A stretch of 64,000 bases of DNA from Paraspadella gotoi (Eukaryota; Animalia; Chaetognatha), in NCBI GenBank assembly GCA_051294375.1, contig CM119268.1, forward strand, positions 22,509,996 to 22,573,995, in the 5' to 3' direction. This document shows, one piece after another, positions 20,263 through 34,163 of this stretch. Every line of letters begins with the position of its first letter. The stretch's first letter is position 1. The notes beneath the pieces were generated by a model, which saw nothing but the letters and a program-made list of their open reading frames with translations, had not been told where the DNA came from and ran no database searches. A program made the translations under genes and the position numbers.

Positions 20263-21439
20263 ACAGATCGAGGAATATTCAAGTCGGCATTATCTGCATC
20301 GTTTTTTCCAAAGCAAGTGAAACATTCTTAATTCCCTTATTGTCCTTATTAAATCTCTTTGATATATATAGATACCTATTTTGCTGGACAAAAAAACCTC
20401 TGATAAACTCAACTAGAAGTTGGCATGAATGAATGAGACTTAATCCAAACTTTTGTTTGAGAACTTGAAGACGAGGCTTTCTGGCTTTATCATGTTGCAT
20501 AGAAAACAGAAAATGGTAATAATCAGAAGGGGAGTAAGCTTTGGACTATTATTTCATAATGAAAAGTCAAATATTAGTTACAATTATTCATAAATATCTT
20601 CAGTTCATTCTTTTCCAAAAGCAATGAAACATTCTTAAATTCCCTTATTGTGTTTCACTTTCTATTAATCTTTGATATATATAGATACCAATTTTGCTGG
20701 ACAAAAAAAAACCCTCTGATAAACTCAACTAAAGTTGGCATGAAATGAATGAGACTTAATCCAAACTTTTTGTTGAGAACTTGAAGACGAGGCTTTTCTG
20801 GCTTTATCAATTTGCATAGAAAAAACAGAATGGTAATAATCAGAAGGGGAGTAAGCTTTTGGGCTATTATTTCATAATGAAAAGTCAAATATTAGTTAAC
20901 AATTATTCAATAAAATATCTTCAGTTCATTTTCATTTAGTTATGATACAGAATTTTAAAGCTCACATATATTATTCTTCATATAAACAGAGCTCCAAACT
21001 CCACTTGCTTGATATAAGTTGACCAACTAAAAACTTTTTTAAAAAGAATCATTTGTAAGAAAAATTTGCGTGCTTGATTTATTGAAGCTTATAAATAAGT
21101 ACATTCAATTTGTTAAAGTATGTAACTCCCTTTTGTAGGGAACTCTCTCTTAAGGAGAGGTGCTTCAGAGCCTTGTGCCTGAAGGGAAATCTATAAATCC
21201 TTTGTCATAAAAATGTTTTTATATAAAATTCTTCGTTATGTATTTGTCTCAAAATGAATATTTTTTTACTTTAGAAGAAAATGTAATTTTATTTGGCAGT
21301 TCACTTTAAAAAAGGTTTCTCTTGCCTGAAGCTCCATATTAAAGATAATTTAACAAAAATTTGTTAGTTTTTGAATCATATATATTTTCCTTTGTCAATA
21401 TGGTTGGCTCTATTTTGATTTTTGATAATAAAAAAATAA

Positions 21440-21565
21440 AGAAGTTACAATACCCGGGATTTCTGGACTGTCAGCCGGTCACCCATTCAGTTACAAAGCA
21501 GGCCCAATATTGCTAACTTTGGTGATCAATAAAACGGTGTACGCAATGTGGTATGGCTGTTTGGC
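21440..21565 (-). pseudogene. 5S rRNA-derived copy (inverted)
   Basis: Reverse complement of the same unit, noisier. Confidence 0.8.
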
Positions 21566-22747
21566 ATCAGATCGAGGAATGATCAAGTCGCATTTATCTG
21601 CATCGTTTTTTCCAAAGCCAATGAAACATTCTTAATTCCCTTGATTTGTCCCTTATTTAATCTTTGATATATATAGATAATCTATTTGGCTGGACAAAAA
21701 AACCTTCTGATAAACTCAACTAAAGTTGGCATGAATGAATGAGACTTAATTCCCAAACTTTTGTTTGAGAACTTCGGAAGACGAGGCTTTTTTTCTGGCT
21801 GTATCATTTGCATAGAAAACAGAAAAATGGTAATTAATCAGAAGGGGAGTAACTTTGGGACATATTATTTCATAATGAAAAGTCAAATATTAGTACAATT
21901 ATTCATAAAAATCATCTTCAGTCATTCTTTTCAAAGCAATGGAAAGATTCTTAATTCCCTTATTGTCTTGTTACTTTTTTTCTATTAATCTTGATATATA
22001 TAGATACCAATTTTGCTGGACAAAAAAAAACCTCTGATAAACTCAACTAAAGTTGCTGAATGAATGAGACTTAATCCAACTTTTGTTTGAGAACTTGAAG
22101 ACGAGGCTTTCTGGCTTTATCATTTGCATAGAAAACAGAAAATGGTAATAATCAGAAGGGAAGTAAGCTTTGGGACTATTATTTCATAATGAAAAGTCAA
22201 ATATTAGTTACAATTATTCATTAAATATCTTCAGTTCATTCTTCATTAGTTATGATACAGAATTTTAAAGCTCAGATATATTATCTTCAGTAAAAACAGA
22301 GCTCCCAAACTCCACTTGCTTTGATATAATGACCAACTAAAAACTTTTTTTAAAAATCATTTAAGAAAAATTTTGCGCTTTGTTTTGAAGCTTATAATTA
22401 AGCTACATTCAATTTGTTTAAAGTAATGTATAACTTCCCTTACTAGCGAACTCTCTTTAAGAGGTGCTTCAAGCCTTGTGCCTGAAGCGCAAATCTATAA
22501 ATCCTTGCTCATAAAATGTTTTTATTATAAAATCTTTCGTTATGTTTTGTCTCAAGATGAATTTTAGTTTTTACTTTTTGAAAGAAAATTGTAATTTTAT
22601 TTGCGCAGTTCACTTTTAACAAAATGTTTCCTTGCTAAGCTCCATTCTAAAGGATAATTTAACAAAAATTTTGTAGTTTTTTGATCATATATATTTCCTT
22701 TGTCAATTATGGTTGCTCTTATTTGATTTTTGAAATTAAAAAAATAA

Positions 22748-22896
22748 AGAATTACATATACCCGGGAGTTTCCTTGGACTGTCCAGCCGGCTCACCCATT
22801 CAAGTACCAAAGCAGGCCCAATTATTGCTTAAATTTTGTGTGATCAAATAGAACCGCGCTTGCTTGTGTACGCCAATTGTGCGTATGGTTTGTGGC
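22748..22896 (-). pseudogene. 5S rRNA-derived copy (inverted, very noisy)
   Basis: Reverse complement of the same unit with many indels. Confidence 0.7.
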
Positions 22897-23924
22897 ACAG
22901 ATCGTTGTAATATCAAGTCAGGCATTATCTGCATAGTTTTTTTTCCAAAGGCAATGACACATTCTATAATTCCGCTTATTGTCCCTTATTAATCTTTGAT
23001 ATATTTAGATACCTATTTTGCTGGACAAAAAAAAACCTCTGATAAACTCAACTGAACCGCTGAGTAAGCGCTATAATGAATTGCAGACTTAATCCAAACT
23101 TTGGTTTTTGAGAAACTTGAAGACGACGGCTTTCTGCTTTATCATTGCATAGGAAACAGAAAATGGTAATAAGCAGAAGGGAGTAAGCTTTTGGGACTAT
23201 TATTTCATAATTGAAAGNNNNNNNNNNNNNNNNNNNNNNNNNTTTTCTTGGAAAGAAAATAAAAAATATAGAAAGTAAAAAATATTTATCTTGAGACAAA
23301 AAATAATTAAAGATTTGATATAAAAAACATTTCATGACAAGGATTTATAGATTTCCTTTCAGGCACAAGGCTCTGAAGTACCTCTCTTAAAGAGAGTTCA
23401 CTATGAAAGGGGAAGATACATAACTATTAACATTGAACTACTCAAGTTATAAGCGTCCGATGGATCTACCGAAATTATTTATTTCGCATAGCCTTCTTTA
23501 AACTATTTGAGTTAGCTAACTTTAATCAAGCAAGTTGGCCATTTTGAGCCATTATTTACTTAAGGTAAGACACTTGAGCTTTGAAACTTTGTATAATAAC
23601 TATTAAAGAATGAACTGGAGATATATTATGAATAATTGTAACTAATATTTGACTTTTGATTATAAAAAAAATTAGGCCCACAGCCTACTCTGCTTCTGAT
23701 TATCTGCATTTTCTGTTTTATATGCATATAGCATTGCCAGAAAAGCCTCGTCTTCAAGTTCTCAAACAAAAGTTTAAAATAAGTCTGATTCAACCACGCT
23801 TCTTCAGTTGAGTTCAAAAGAGGTTTTTTTTTATCCAGCAAAATTAGTATTAAAAGTAAAACTAATTTGAGGAAAGTTGCCATAAAAGATTCTGTAAAAG
23901 AGTGAGGATTAAGGAGGCACTCAC

Positions 23925-26900
23925 CGGTTCCCGGAGGACCGTAAAGCAGAAGGCCTTTCCAGGGAGAGAGAATCCCTGTGAAAAGTTGAGGATATTTGAT
24001 TGGGTAGACGACGGCCTCTTTGACCAACCGTTTGGCTTCTTGAAGACCTGGAGTCGACAAATCAATCGATCAATCGACCAAACAATTCCCTTACCAATGA
24101 CTCAATATCTATTCTAACTCACCAATTATGTCGTCCCACCGCACATTGGGATTGTGAAGATAAATGTCTCTCGAGATGGCGGTCGCGAGGTCACGCATCT
24201 CCTGATTCACCCCCAAGTATCCGCCGAGAGGCTTCATTAATCTGGACAACCACGAATCAAGTCATCTTTTCATTAATATGTAATTCGACCCCACTCCCTT
24301 TTCTTTCCTTCTTCCCTCCTCTTCACTACTCTAACAGAGGGATATCTGCTACACTACATCTATTCATCTCTTTTCTTCCTCTCTTTTCACTCTTACAATT
24401 TTCCTCCCCATTTGCTTTCCTCCCTTTTTCTTTTTCTTTCTAATCTCTCTTTCCTCCCTTTCTTCCCCACTTTCCTTCTTTCTTTTCTCCTTTCCTTTCT
24501 TTCCTCCTCTTTTTGTCTATTCTCACACAACTTTCCTCCTTCCTGGATTTTCTTTCCTCCCTCCTTCAATTACCTCCCTTTCCTCTTTCCTCCCTCATCT
24601 TTTCCTTCCTTCCCTCATTCAATTTCTCTCTTTCTTTCACTTTTCCTCCCTTCCCCTTTCCCCTCACCTCTCCTCGAATCCTTCCTCCACATTGAGTCTC
24701 GTCGCGTCGTTGATCATTCCCCTCACGTCGACGATCGTCCCCGCCCGATGGCGCTTCCCTCCTCCTCCTCCTCCTCCTCCTTCGAAATCGGCGCTGGACT
24801 TGCAAGGAGAGATGACCAGCGCCGCCAACGCCTGAGCGCCGCTCTCGGCTGAGGAGGTGGAAGAGGAAGAGGAGTTGGTGGTGGAGGAAGTTGAGTGGTG
24901 GGCGGTGGAGTGGTTGGTGGTGGAGTTGGAGTGGTTGGTGGAGTGGCCGTTGAGGAGCGAGGTGACGGCCGCGTGTTTGCCTGGGGGGGACAGAAGGGAA
25001 AAAGAGCGAGAGGGAAGTTTTTTTTTTTAAAGGAGAAAAAAACTAAAAGGAAAAAAATGGAGGAAATCGTTAAAAATAAAAAGGGGAAAAAAAAAGAGAA
25101 AATCTCGGGGGATTAATTCGAAAAAGTAAAATTTAAAAATCAATTTATACTTGATGTAATGACTGATAATTCACAAGAAACAAGCATGAAAATCATTTTC
25201 AAATGTAATGACATTTACATAATCATAAAATAATTAATTAATGAAGAGAATCTCATCATCGTTGATTAAAATGATTTTAAAGACAAACGATTTTAAGCAA
25301 AGATGCAATTCTTACTTTTCCTCGAGGCGAGTGTTAAATCGTCTTTCTTTGAACCTCGAAAGTTAAATTCATCTCAAGTTAAGTTTCATTTTTTTATGTA
25401 AACATCTCACGTGAAAGAAAAACCTTGAACTTTCACCTTTTCATGTCACAATTATTGATTATCGGTCCCGTCCTCGCTTACGGTTTAGATGCGCCCCTGG
25501 GAGGACGGCGACCACCGAGGGCCCTAAGCCCCTGACCCGCGACGACGGTACCGAAGAATGTCCGTACCCTCGACTTGACAGGCTGTCGGCTGCTGTCCCT
25601 CACTCACCATTCACATGCTCTCCCCCTCCTCCTCCTCCTCCTCTTCCATTAACTGTGGCGGAGTTCTTCTTGTAATTGGCCGGCCCAGAATTGGGTCTTT
25701 GTGAGGCTCCACCCCCGCCACACCCACCGCCTCCACCCCCGGGGATTCGAGGCAGCGACGTGTTGTGTCCCGCCCTCTTGTGTTTGGATTTGAAAGCTTC
25801 GGGGGCGGACTCCGTGACTCGTTTGACGACCTGAAGAGATGGGTGAGAGGAGGAAGAGGGAGAAGGGGGAAGAAGAAGGAAGATTATTAAGGAGGACGAA
25901 GAGATTAAAGAGGCAAAGATAAAATTATTATATGTTAAATACAGAAGAGAGACTGTGAAAAAGATTTATTTGAATTTTGAAAGCTTGCAGAGTGCTGTTA
26001 TGCAATTATGTTGTAAGGGGAAATGAGGCCTCAACCCAACATAGCCTGTCCAAATTCAGGGCCAAGCTTATTGAATTAATTTCAAAGAAATAAATAATAT
26101 AAAATAGATATTATAATAAATAATATAAAATAGATATAATAATAAATAAATCTAGGCAATACATTCGATGCCACTTATAGTTTCAACTTTAAGATCTTTA
26201 CCTTGGGATATTTATTAAACTTGACGTAGTAATACTTATTGTTTCAACTTTAAGATCTTTACCTTGGGATATTTATTAAACTTGACGTAGTAATACGATT
26301 CGTATTCTTGCAAAACCGTCTCGAGGTCGATGTTGTCGCAAACGTCGTATCTCGCGAGGGAGATCGTCGCCTTTTAACATCAAAACATTACCAAAATGTT
26401 AAAAGCTACTGTTAGGCTTCTCTAATAAATATTAATAATTTTAACACCTCGGTCTCGAGCGCGGCGGCCGAGTCGAGGTATCTCCTCGTCGTGGAAGATA
26501 ATGAAGGATAAGGACGAGCAAATTGCGCGCTTGCGCGAGATCGTCCGCTCTTCGTCCGCCTCGCGAGCCTGGAAGTGAGAAGTGGAGGCAGAGTAAACTT
26601 ATCCTTAATATTATTTGTATATTATAGCAGTTTAATGTACTATCAAACCTTATAAAAATATTCGTAAAACAACAAAAAGACCCTTCAAGTATATCGAATC
26701 AAAGTATTGAGGAAATAAACTAAACTGCCACAATATGAAAATGAGATTGAGGAACGGTAAACGTTGTAATTAGAAATAGTTCAGAAAAGGAACATAGGGG
26801 ATATATTATAGATGGAATCAGAGATCTTCAAAATTTAGCAGCAATGTGATGAAATTTGAAGGAATTAAAGAAACCAGATTTAGAGGAAAATAGTTAGATG

Positions 26901-26999
26901 GCGCGAGATAAGATGAAAACTGAAAATAGAAGATTCGAGTTAGTGATTTCTGACCTGATTCGCGGATCGAATCGAATGGTAACTCATTTCCATCGACAT
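23925..26999 (-). CDS. KATNAL2: KATNAL2 5' exons (LisH N-terminus to start of the AAA domain)
   Basis: ATG at 26999: [15 protein letters not shown]|AREA...[10 protein letters not shown]...|..[29 protein letters not shown]| ... [22 protein letters not shown]|[41 protein letters not shown]; some indels. Confidence 0.92.
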
Positions 27000-27069
27000 C
27001 TTTGAAGGCTGTTGTGAGAGAATGTAACGACTGTAAATAGAATCGCTATCACCGCCTAGGATTTCTTAA

Positions 27070-27077
27070 TTTCTCTC

Positions 27078-27137
<60 letters not shown>

Positions 27138-27150
27138 CTCTCTCTTCTTT
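27070..27150. repeat. (CT)n microsatellite at the centre of the fold-back
   Basis: Near-pure CT run. Confidence 0.95.
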
Positions 27151-29830
27151 TTCTCTCACAACAGCCTTCAAAGATGTCGATGGAAATGAGTTAACCATTC
27201 GATTCGATTCCGCGATCGGTCAGAAATCACTAACTCGATCTTTCTATTTTCGTTTTCATCTTTCTCGCGCCATCTAACTATTTCCTCTAAATCTGGTTTC
27301 TTTAATTCCTTCAAATTTTCAATCACATTGCTGCTTAAATTTTGAAGATCATCTGATTCCATCTATAATATTAATGATGGAGGCCTTAACCACCAAAGCC
27401 TGTCCAAAGTCAGGGGCAGATAGCCTTATTTATTAAATGAATGGATAATTTTTATATTGGGTTGTACCAATTTCAAAAATTCAGCTCCTTTGTATTTGAT
27501 GCTAGTGCAGGAGTACAATAAGTATTCCCCGATCTAATACTTATAGGGAGGGTCTTTTCATACAATTGAAACAATTCTTTGAAATATTTTTCACTTCATT
27601 GATAAGGAAGCCAGGTACTCTTGGGAGTGAATAAACGAGACTGTGAGAGAGTCCTTAATTGAGCTTGCAGGGACCTGCTTATGGTAATTAATCTTGTAAG
27701 AGTGATGGAGGCCTTTAAACCACCCAAAGCCTGTCCAAAGTTCAGGGGAAGATGCATTTATATGGAATATATTGTCAATTTCATTAATCAGTCTATGATG
27801 CTAGTGCGGGACAATAATATTCCCATCTATACTTTTGGGTTGGCTTTTATTGAACATCTTGATTATCATATGGACGTCTCGGAGTAATACAGCTCTGAAG
27901 CTGCCAGACTGTTCACTTAGATTGGGTAAACACAAGTTCCAATCAGGAGAGCATAATATATATTTTATCTTACATTCTATCCCTATTCCTTTCGAGATTT
28001 CTAAATTACAACTCTACCGTTCCTCATCTCATTTTCATATTGTGGCAGTTTAGTTTATTTCCTCTATACTTTGATTCGATATACTTTGGAGGGTTTTTTG
28101 TTTTTACGAATATTTTTATAAGGTTTTGATAGTACATTAAACTGCTATAATATACAAATAATTATTTAAGAAAAGTTACTCTGCTCCACTCTCACTTCCA
28201 GGCCGCGAGGCGGACGAAGACGGACGATCTCGCGCAAGCGCAATTTGCTCGTCCTTATCCTTCATTATCTTCACGACGAGGGATACCTCGACTCGGCCGC
28301 CGCGCTCGAGACCGAGGTGATTAAAAATTATTAATATTTATTAGAGAACTAACAGTAAGCTTTTAACATTTTGGTAATGTTTTGATGTTTAAAGGCGACG
28401 ATCTCCCTCGCGAGATACGACGTTTGCGACAACATCGTACCCGAGACGGTTTTGCAAGAATACGAATCGTATTACTACGTCAAGTTTAATAAATATCCCA
28501 AGGTCAAGATCTTAAAGTTGAAACAATAAGTATTACTACGTCAAGTTTAATAAATATCCCAAGGTAAAGATCTTAAAATGTTGAAACATAAGTGGCATCG
28601 ATGTATTGCCTAGGGTTATTTATTATTATATCTATTTTATATTATTTTTATTAAATATCTATTTATATTATTTATTTCTTTGAAATTAATTCAATAAGCT
28701 TGGCCCTGAATTTGGACAGGCTATGTTGGGTTGAGGCCTCATTCCCTTACAACATAATTTGGCATAACAGCACTCTGCAAGCTTTCAAATAAATCTTTTT
28801 CACAGTCTCTCTTCTGTATTTAACATATAAATAATTTTATTCTTTGCCTCTTTAATCTCTTCGTCCTCCTTAATAATCTTCCTTCTTCTTCCCCCTTCTC
28901 CTCTTCCTCCTCTCACCCATCTCTTCAGGTCGTCAAACGAGTCCACGGAGTCCGCCCCGAAGCTTTCAAATCCAAACACAAGAGGGCGGGACACAACACG
29001 TCGCTGCCTCGAATCCCCGGGGGTGGCAGGCGGCGGTGGGTGTGGCGGGGGTGGAGCCTCACAAAGACCCAAATTCTGGGTCGGCCAATTTACAAGAAGA
29101 ACCCTCCCACAGGTTAATGGAAGAGGAGGAGGAGGAGGGGGAGAGCACGTGAATGGTGAGTGAGGGACAGCAAGCCGACAGCCTGTCAAGTCAGAGGTAC
29201 GGACATTCTTCGCGTACCGTCGTCGCGGGTCAGGGGCTTAGGGCCTCGGTGGTGTCGCCGTCCTCCCAGGGGCGCATCTAAAACGTAAAGCGAGGACGGG
29301 AGCCGATAATCAATAATTGTGACATGAAAAGGTGAAAGTTCAAGGTTTTTCTTTCACGTGAGATGTTTACATAAAAAATGAAACTTAACTTGAGATTGAA
29401 TTTAACTTTCGAGGTTCAAAGAAAGACGATTTAACACTCGCCTCGAGGAAAAGTAAAGAATTGCATCTTTGCTTAAAATCGTTTGTCTTTAAAAATCATT
29501 TTAATCAACGATGTGAGATTCTCTTCATTAATTAATTATTTTATGAATTATGTAAAGTCATTACATTTGAAAATGATTTTCATGCTTGCTTTCTTGTGAA
29601 TTATCAGAGACATTATTACATAGTATAAATTGATTTTAAATTTTACTGTTTTCGAATTAATCCCCCGAGATTTTCTCTTTTTTTTTCCCTTTTATTTTTT
29701 TATTATTTTATTTTTAACGATTTCTCACCATTTTTTCCTTTTAGTTTTTTTCTCCTTAAAAAAAAAAAACTTCCCTCTCGCTCTTTTTCCTCTGTCCCCC
29801 CAGGCCAACAACCGCGGCCGTCACCTCTCT
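27151..29830 (+). repeat. Inverted copy of ~24960-27021 carrying KATNAL2 5' exons on the + strand (ATG 27174)
   Basis: Reverse complement identity, e.g. gaatacgaatcgtattactacgtcaagtttaataaatatcccaag at ~28458; decays into noise after ~29830. Confidence 0.9.
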
Positions 29831-32800
29831 TCCTCAAACGCCACCCAACCAAACCACTTGCGCCGCACATCAACTCCTCCACAATACATAAATTCCAATT
29901 CAAAAAAAAATTTGAAAAGGCCGTACTTTTTAAATGGGTGAAATTTGAATGAATCCCCCAGTGGGAAAAAAAAAAAACTTAATAAAAAAATGTGGGGAAG
30001 ATGCTTCCCAAATTGTACATTTTCTCTTAAAAGGAAAGAAAAAAAAGAAAAAAAAAAAAAAAAGCAAAAAAATTAAAACCCCAAAACAACATTTCGGAAC
30101 GAAAAACACCGCAAGGGGACCTTGCCCTTTTTTCCCCCTTGTTTTTTTTCAAGTTTCGAAGGAAAAAAAAAAGGAAAAAGGAAAATTACAAAAAAAATTA
30201 AAGGGGGAGAAGGAAGAAAAAAAACAGAGTTTTTTTCTAATAAAATAGAAAAAAATTCCATTTTTGGCGGAAAATGGGAACTTGAAAAAAAGTCTGAAGC
30301 GCGGCTGGGGTAATTAAATTAATCGATTTTGCGTTTTTGGAACCCAAACCAACCTCGTCCTTCTTCCATTGGAAAAAACGTCATCGGGGGCGAAAACAAA
30401 AAGGGCCCTCCCCCGAGTTTTGGCCCGCATAAACCGGGACGAAAGTTGTCGGGGGGGCGTTTCTATATATAAATCGGGCCGACCTCCCGGCCCGGCGGGC
30501 CCCCATCTCTCGCCTGGGCCCCTTTTTTATTGTCCGCCGACTATGGGGCGCGGCCCCAAGAATAAAATACCCCCCAAGGAACGGTTTCCCCTTTCAAACA
30601 ATTTCCTTTTCTTTCTTCTCTTCTCCCTCCTCCTTCCTCCTCCTCTCTTCTCTTCCCTCTTCTTCCCTCTCTTCCTCTTCTTCTCTTCTTTCCTCATCGT
30701 CTCTCTCTTCCCTCTTTCTCCCTCTCTTCTCTTTCTCTCTTCTTCCCTCCCCTCTTCCTCTCCTTCCTTTCTTTCCCTCTCTCTCTCTCCTCTCTCTCTT
30801 TCTCTTCCTCTCTCTTCTCTTCTCCTCTCTCTTCTCCTTCTCTTTCTTCAATCGACCCGCCCGCGTTAGATTCCTTCTCGTGGTTTTTTTCTTTTCTAAT
30901 ATTAAAATTTTTTATTTTTTTTTTTTCTATTCTTTCTTTCAGAGCTTAAAAATATCCCTCCCCAAACGACAGTAAATTCCGGAAATGGCCGGGGCAATCC
31001 TCGCCAAGAGGGGGATTTATCGGTTGGGAAATCGGTTTCCCCCGGGGCGGACGGCTCGAGGGGGATGGGCCCATCCGAAGGGAAATGCAATCCCAGAGAT
31101 ATAAAATGAAGGTTTTCCAGTCTTCTCCCTTCTATGCCCGGGTTCGCGCAAAACAAAGGGAACTTGAAAAAGTTGGATTTTAGTCCGAAAAAACCCCTCG
31201 TGGATATTGGAGGAATAGGAGTGAGATTTGGCCCCCAAATAAAAAAATGCGATCTTTCATTAATTTTTCATAAGAACTGTCAAACGTATTTAAAAGGGCC
31301 ATTTCAGGGCTCAATAAATTCGGGGAGGACCCAACCCGCGTTTTACCGGGGGGAGAAACCTTGAGTTGTCCAGTTTTTCGATTCGAAATGAATAAGGGGA
31401 AGATTGGATTCGAATACCCGAACGAAATATCCGATTTTCAAGCGGGGGCCGGGCCCCGGGTGGCCGACATTTTCCCCCGGAAAAATGGGGTCGGAGACGG
31501 AGGGGGACCGGACGGGGTCTGAACCGGGGAGACCACCCGCCGCCCACACCTAAACCCCGCCCCCGAACCAAGAACTTTTGGGAACGGGAGGCCCGAGGCG
31601 GGGACCCTGGCGCGAAAACTCTGGGTTTGGGGCCTGTGAAAACAGGATGGGCGGAAAGGGGGAGGGGCCTGTTGTTGAGTTGAAGGGGGGTTTAAAAGGA
31701 AGGAGGTATGGCGGGAAGGAAGAGGGGGAGTAGAAAAGAGAAAGGGGAGGGAAAAAAAGAGAGGGAGAAAAAGAGAGGAAGGAAGAGGGGGAGAAGGGAA
31801 AAGGTTTAAAAGGGGGAAAAAGAAAGGGGGAAAAAAGAAAAAGAAAAGAGAAAGAAAGAGGAAGAAAAGGAGAAAAAAGGAAAAAAGAAAAAAAGAAAAG
31901 GAAAAGGGCAAAGAAAGAAGAAAAAAAAAAGAAAAAAAAAAGACAAAAGGAAAAAAAAGAAAAAAGGGAAAAAGGAGGGGAAAGAAAAGGGAAGGGAAAA
32001 AGAAGGAAAGGAAAGGTGAGAAAAGAAAGAGAAAGAAAAGAAGAAGAAAGAAGAAAAAGAAAAAAAAAAAAGGGGGAAAAAATGAGGATATGAAGAGAAG
32101 TAATAGGTTCAAGGCAAGGGGAAGAGGAAAAAGGAAAAGAGGGACAAGGAAGGGAGAGAGAGGGAGGGACCCGGAAGGATTTCCCCCGTGCGGATTAATA
32201 AGGAGAAGCGAATTATAAGGAGGGGGAAAAAGAGATTTAACGAGGGCCACTCCGAATTTTTTTGGAAGATTCCGCCGGAGGGCTTCGATGGGAAGGGGCG
32301 GGGTTTTTGGTGGCGCGGCGGGCCGCGGGCGTGGCGGGGGCCCGGCAAGCAAAAAAACCTCTTCGGGCCTGAAAAAAAAAAAAAAGTTGGGCGGCCAAAT
32401 CGGAAAAACTGGATTTTTGTTTTTTTCCAAAATATTTTCAACGGGGAAATTTCGGGACCGGGGGCCAAATTAACAGTTAAAAAAAAAATTCCCCCCCTCG
32501 GGTTGTTTTCGTTTCGTTCGTCTCTGGTGGTTCGGGCGGCGGGGCCCGGGCGGGCGGCCGCGGGCGGGCGGGCGGGGCCGGCGGGGGGGCGGGCGGGCGG
32601 GCGGGCGGCGGGACCGTATTTTTGAAAGTTGCAAAAATTCCAGACTCGTGGAAAATTAAATTCTTTACTTTTTGGAAGGTTAATTTTCTTTCCCGGGTTC
32701 CGTCGGGGATTTCCAAAAAATTTCCAAAGAGAGATTTTTTTTTTTTCATTTTCCTTCGGTTTCCGACCGCAGGGGGGTCAAAAAGGTTTTCGGGTCGTTC

Positions 32801-34163
32801 GTTCGGTGTTTCGTTTTCTTCGTTTCGGGTCCCGGCCCCCTCCAAGTTGAAAAAAATTCCGAACGTGGTCCGTTTCCGTTTTTTTCAATTCCGCTTTCGG
32901 GTTTCGGCAACGTTTCCGGTCCAACCATGCTCTCCACCAGGGGGAGAGGGGGAACAAAAACGGCGTTTTTTTCAAAAAACCAAGTTTTTTTCCTCCGATT
33001 TCCTTTCCCAAAACCCCCCCGCCGGATGGGCAAAACTGTTCGAAGGAAAACCAAAGGGAAAGCAAAAACAGGGATTTTGGAGGAGGGGAAAGAAAAAAAA
33101 AGAGGGAAAGGAGGAGGGGAAAAGAGGAAGGAAGCGGAAGGGAGAAAGAGGAGGGAAGGGAGGAGAAGAGAGGAAGGAGAAGAGGGAAGACAGAGGAGAA
33201 GAGAGAGGAGAGAAGGAGGAGAGAGAAAAAGAGAAGGATAATTGATTTGGGAAAGCTTAACTGGGGGTTATGGGGGCCAGGGATCGAGGGGAAGAAAACA
33301 AGAGGGCAAATGGTTTTTTTACTTTCCCTTTTAATGAATTTTTCTTTTAGAAAAGAAGGGAAAAAATAAAAGGAAAAAGAAAAAAGGGAAGGGGAAAAAG
33401 AAAAAAGAAAAAGGGAAAGGGGAAAAAAGGAAAGGAAAAAAAGAAAAAGAAAGAAAAGGGAAAGAAAGAAAAAAGGAAAAAAAAAAGAAATAAGGGAAAA
33501 GAAAGAAAGGAAAGAAAAAAAAAAGAAAGGAAGGAAAAAAAAAAAAGAAAAGAAAGGGGGAAAAAAGGGAAAAGGAAAAAAGGAAAAAAGGAAAGGGGAA
33601 AAGAAAAAGGAAAAAAGGAAGAAAGGAAAAAAAAAAAAAGAAAAGGGAGGGAAAAAAAAAGGAAAAGGGAAAAAGAAAAAAAATAGGGGAAGAAAACTAA
33701 GGGGCCCCAAAAAAATTTAAAGGGGGAAAAAATTTTTTCGGTCCAATGTTGGCCATCGCAGAAAGAGAAAATTTTTCAGAAACCCGGAAAAAAAAAATGG
33801 ATTGGATTTTTCTTTACTTTTATAACCCTTAACTTATTTGGGTGCATTTTGCCCAATTGAACCTTTAGCCCCCAAAATTATGACCAGGACCCATTGGAGA
33901 AAGTTTCTTTTGGTTTTTTTTTTTCCCTTAAATAAATCCTCTGACCTCATTTGGGCTTATTTTAATCGATAAAAAAAATTATTTAGAATCTTAACGAAAT
34001 TTTTCCCTTTCGGAAAAAATTTCTTTTAGGAATTAAATAAAGTTTTTTTTCTATTAAAAAATTTTTGATCCAATTTTTCCCAACCAGGGGTCCGCTTTAA
34101 TTCTTGAATTAAAAAAATTCTTAGGAATAAAAACAAAGTTCCTTTTTTCGGAAAAATTTTAAC
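29830..34163. other. Degraded, homopolymer-rich sequence (probable low-quality base calls)
   Basis: Runs of A/G/T/C, loss of similarity midway through the inverted arm, ends at an N gap. Confidence 0.75.

Noticed and set aside
25464-25560. Possible HDV-like ribozyme (tcctcgc loop-like word, ccgtcctc/gaggacgg pairing)
   Set aside because: Could not build the P1/P2/P3 nested pseudoknot on either strand; only a simple hairpin
31438-33710. Long ORFs of 330 and 310 aa (poly-Phe/Leu/Ser)
   Set aside because: Translations of stop-free purine homopolymer noise in the degraded region; no protein character
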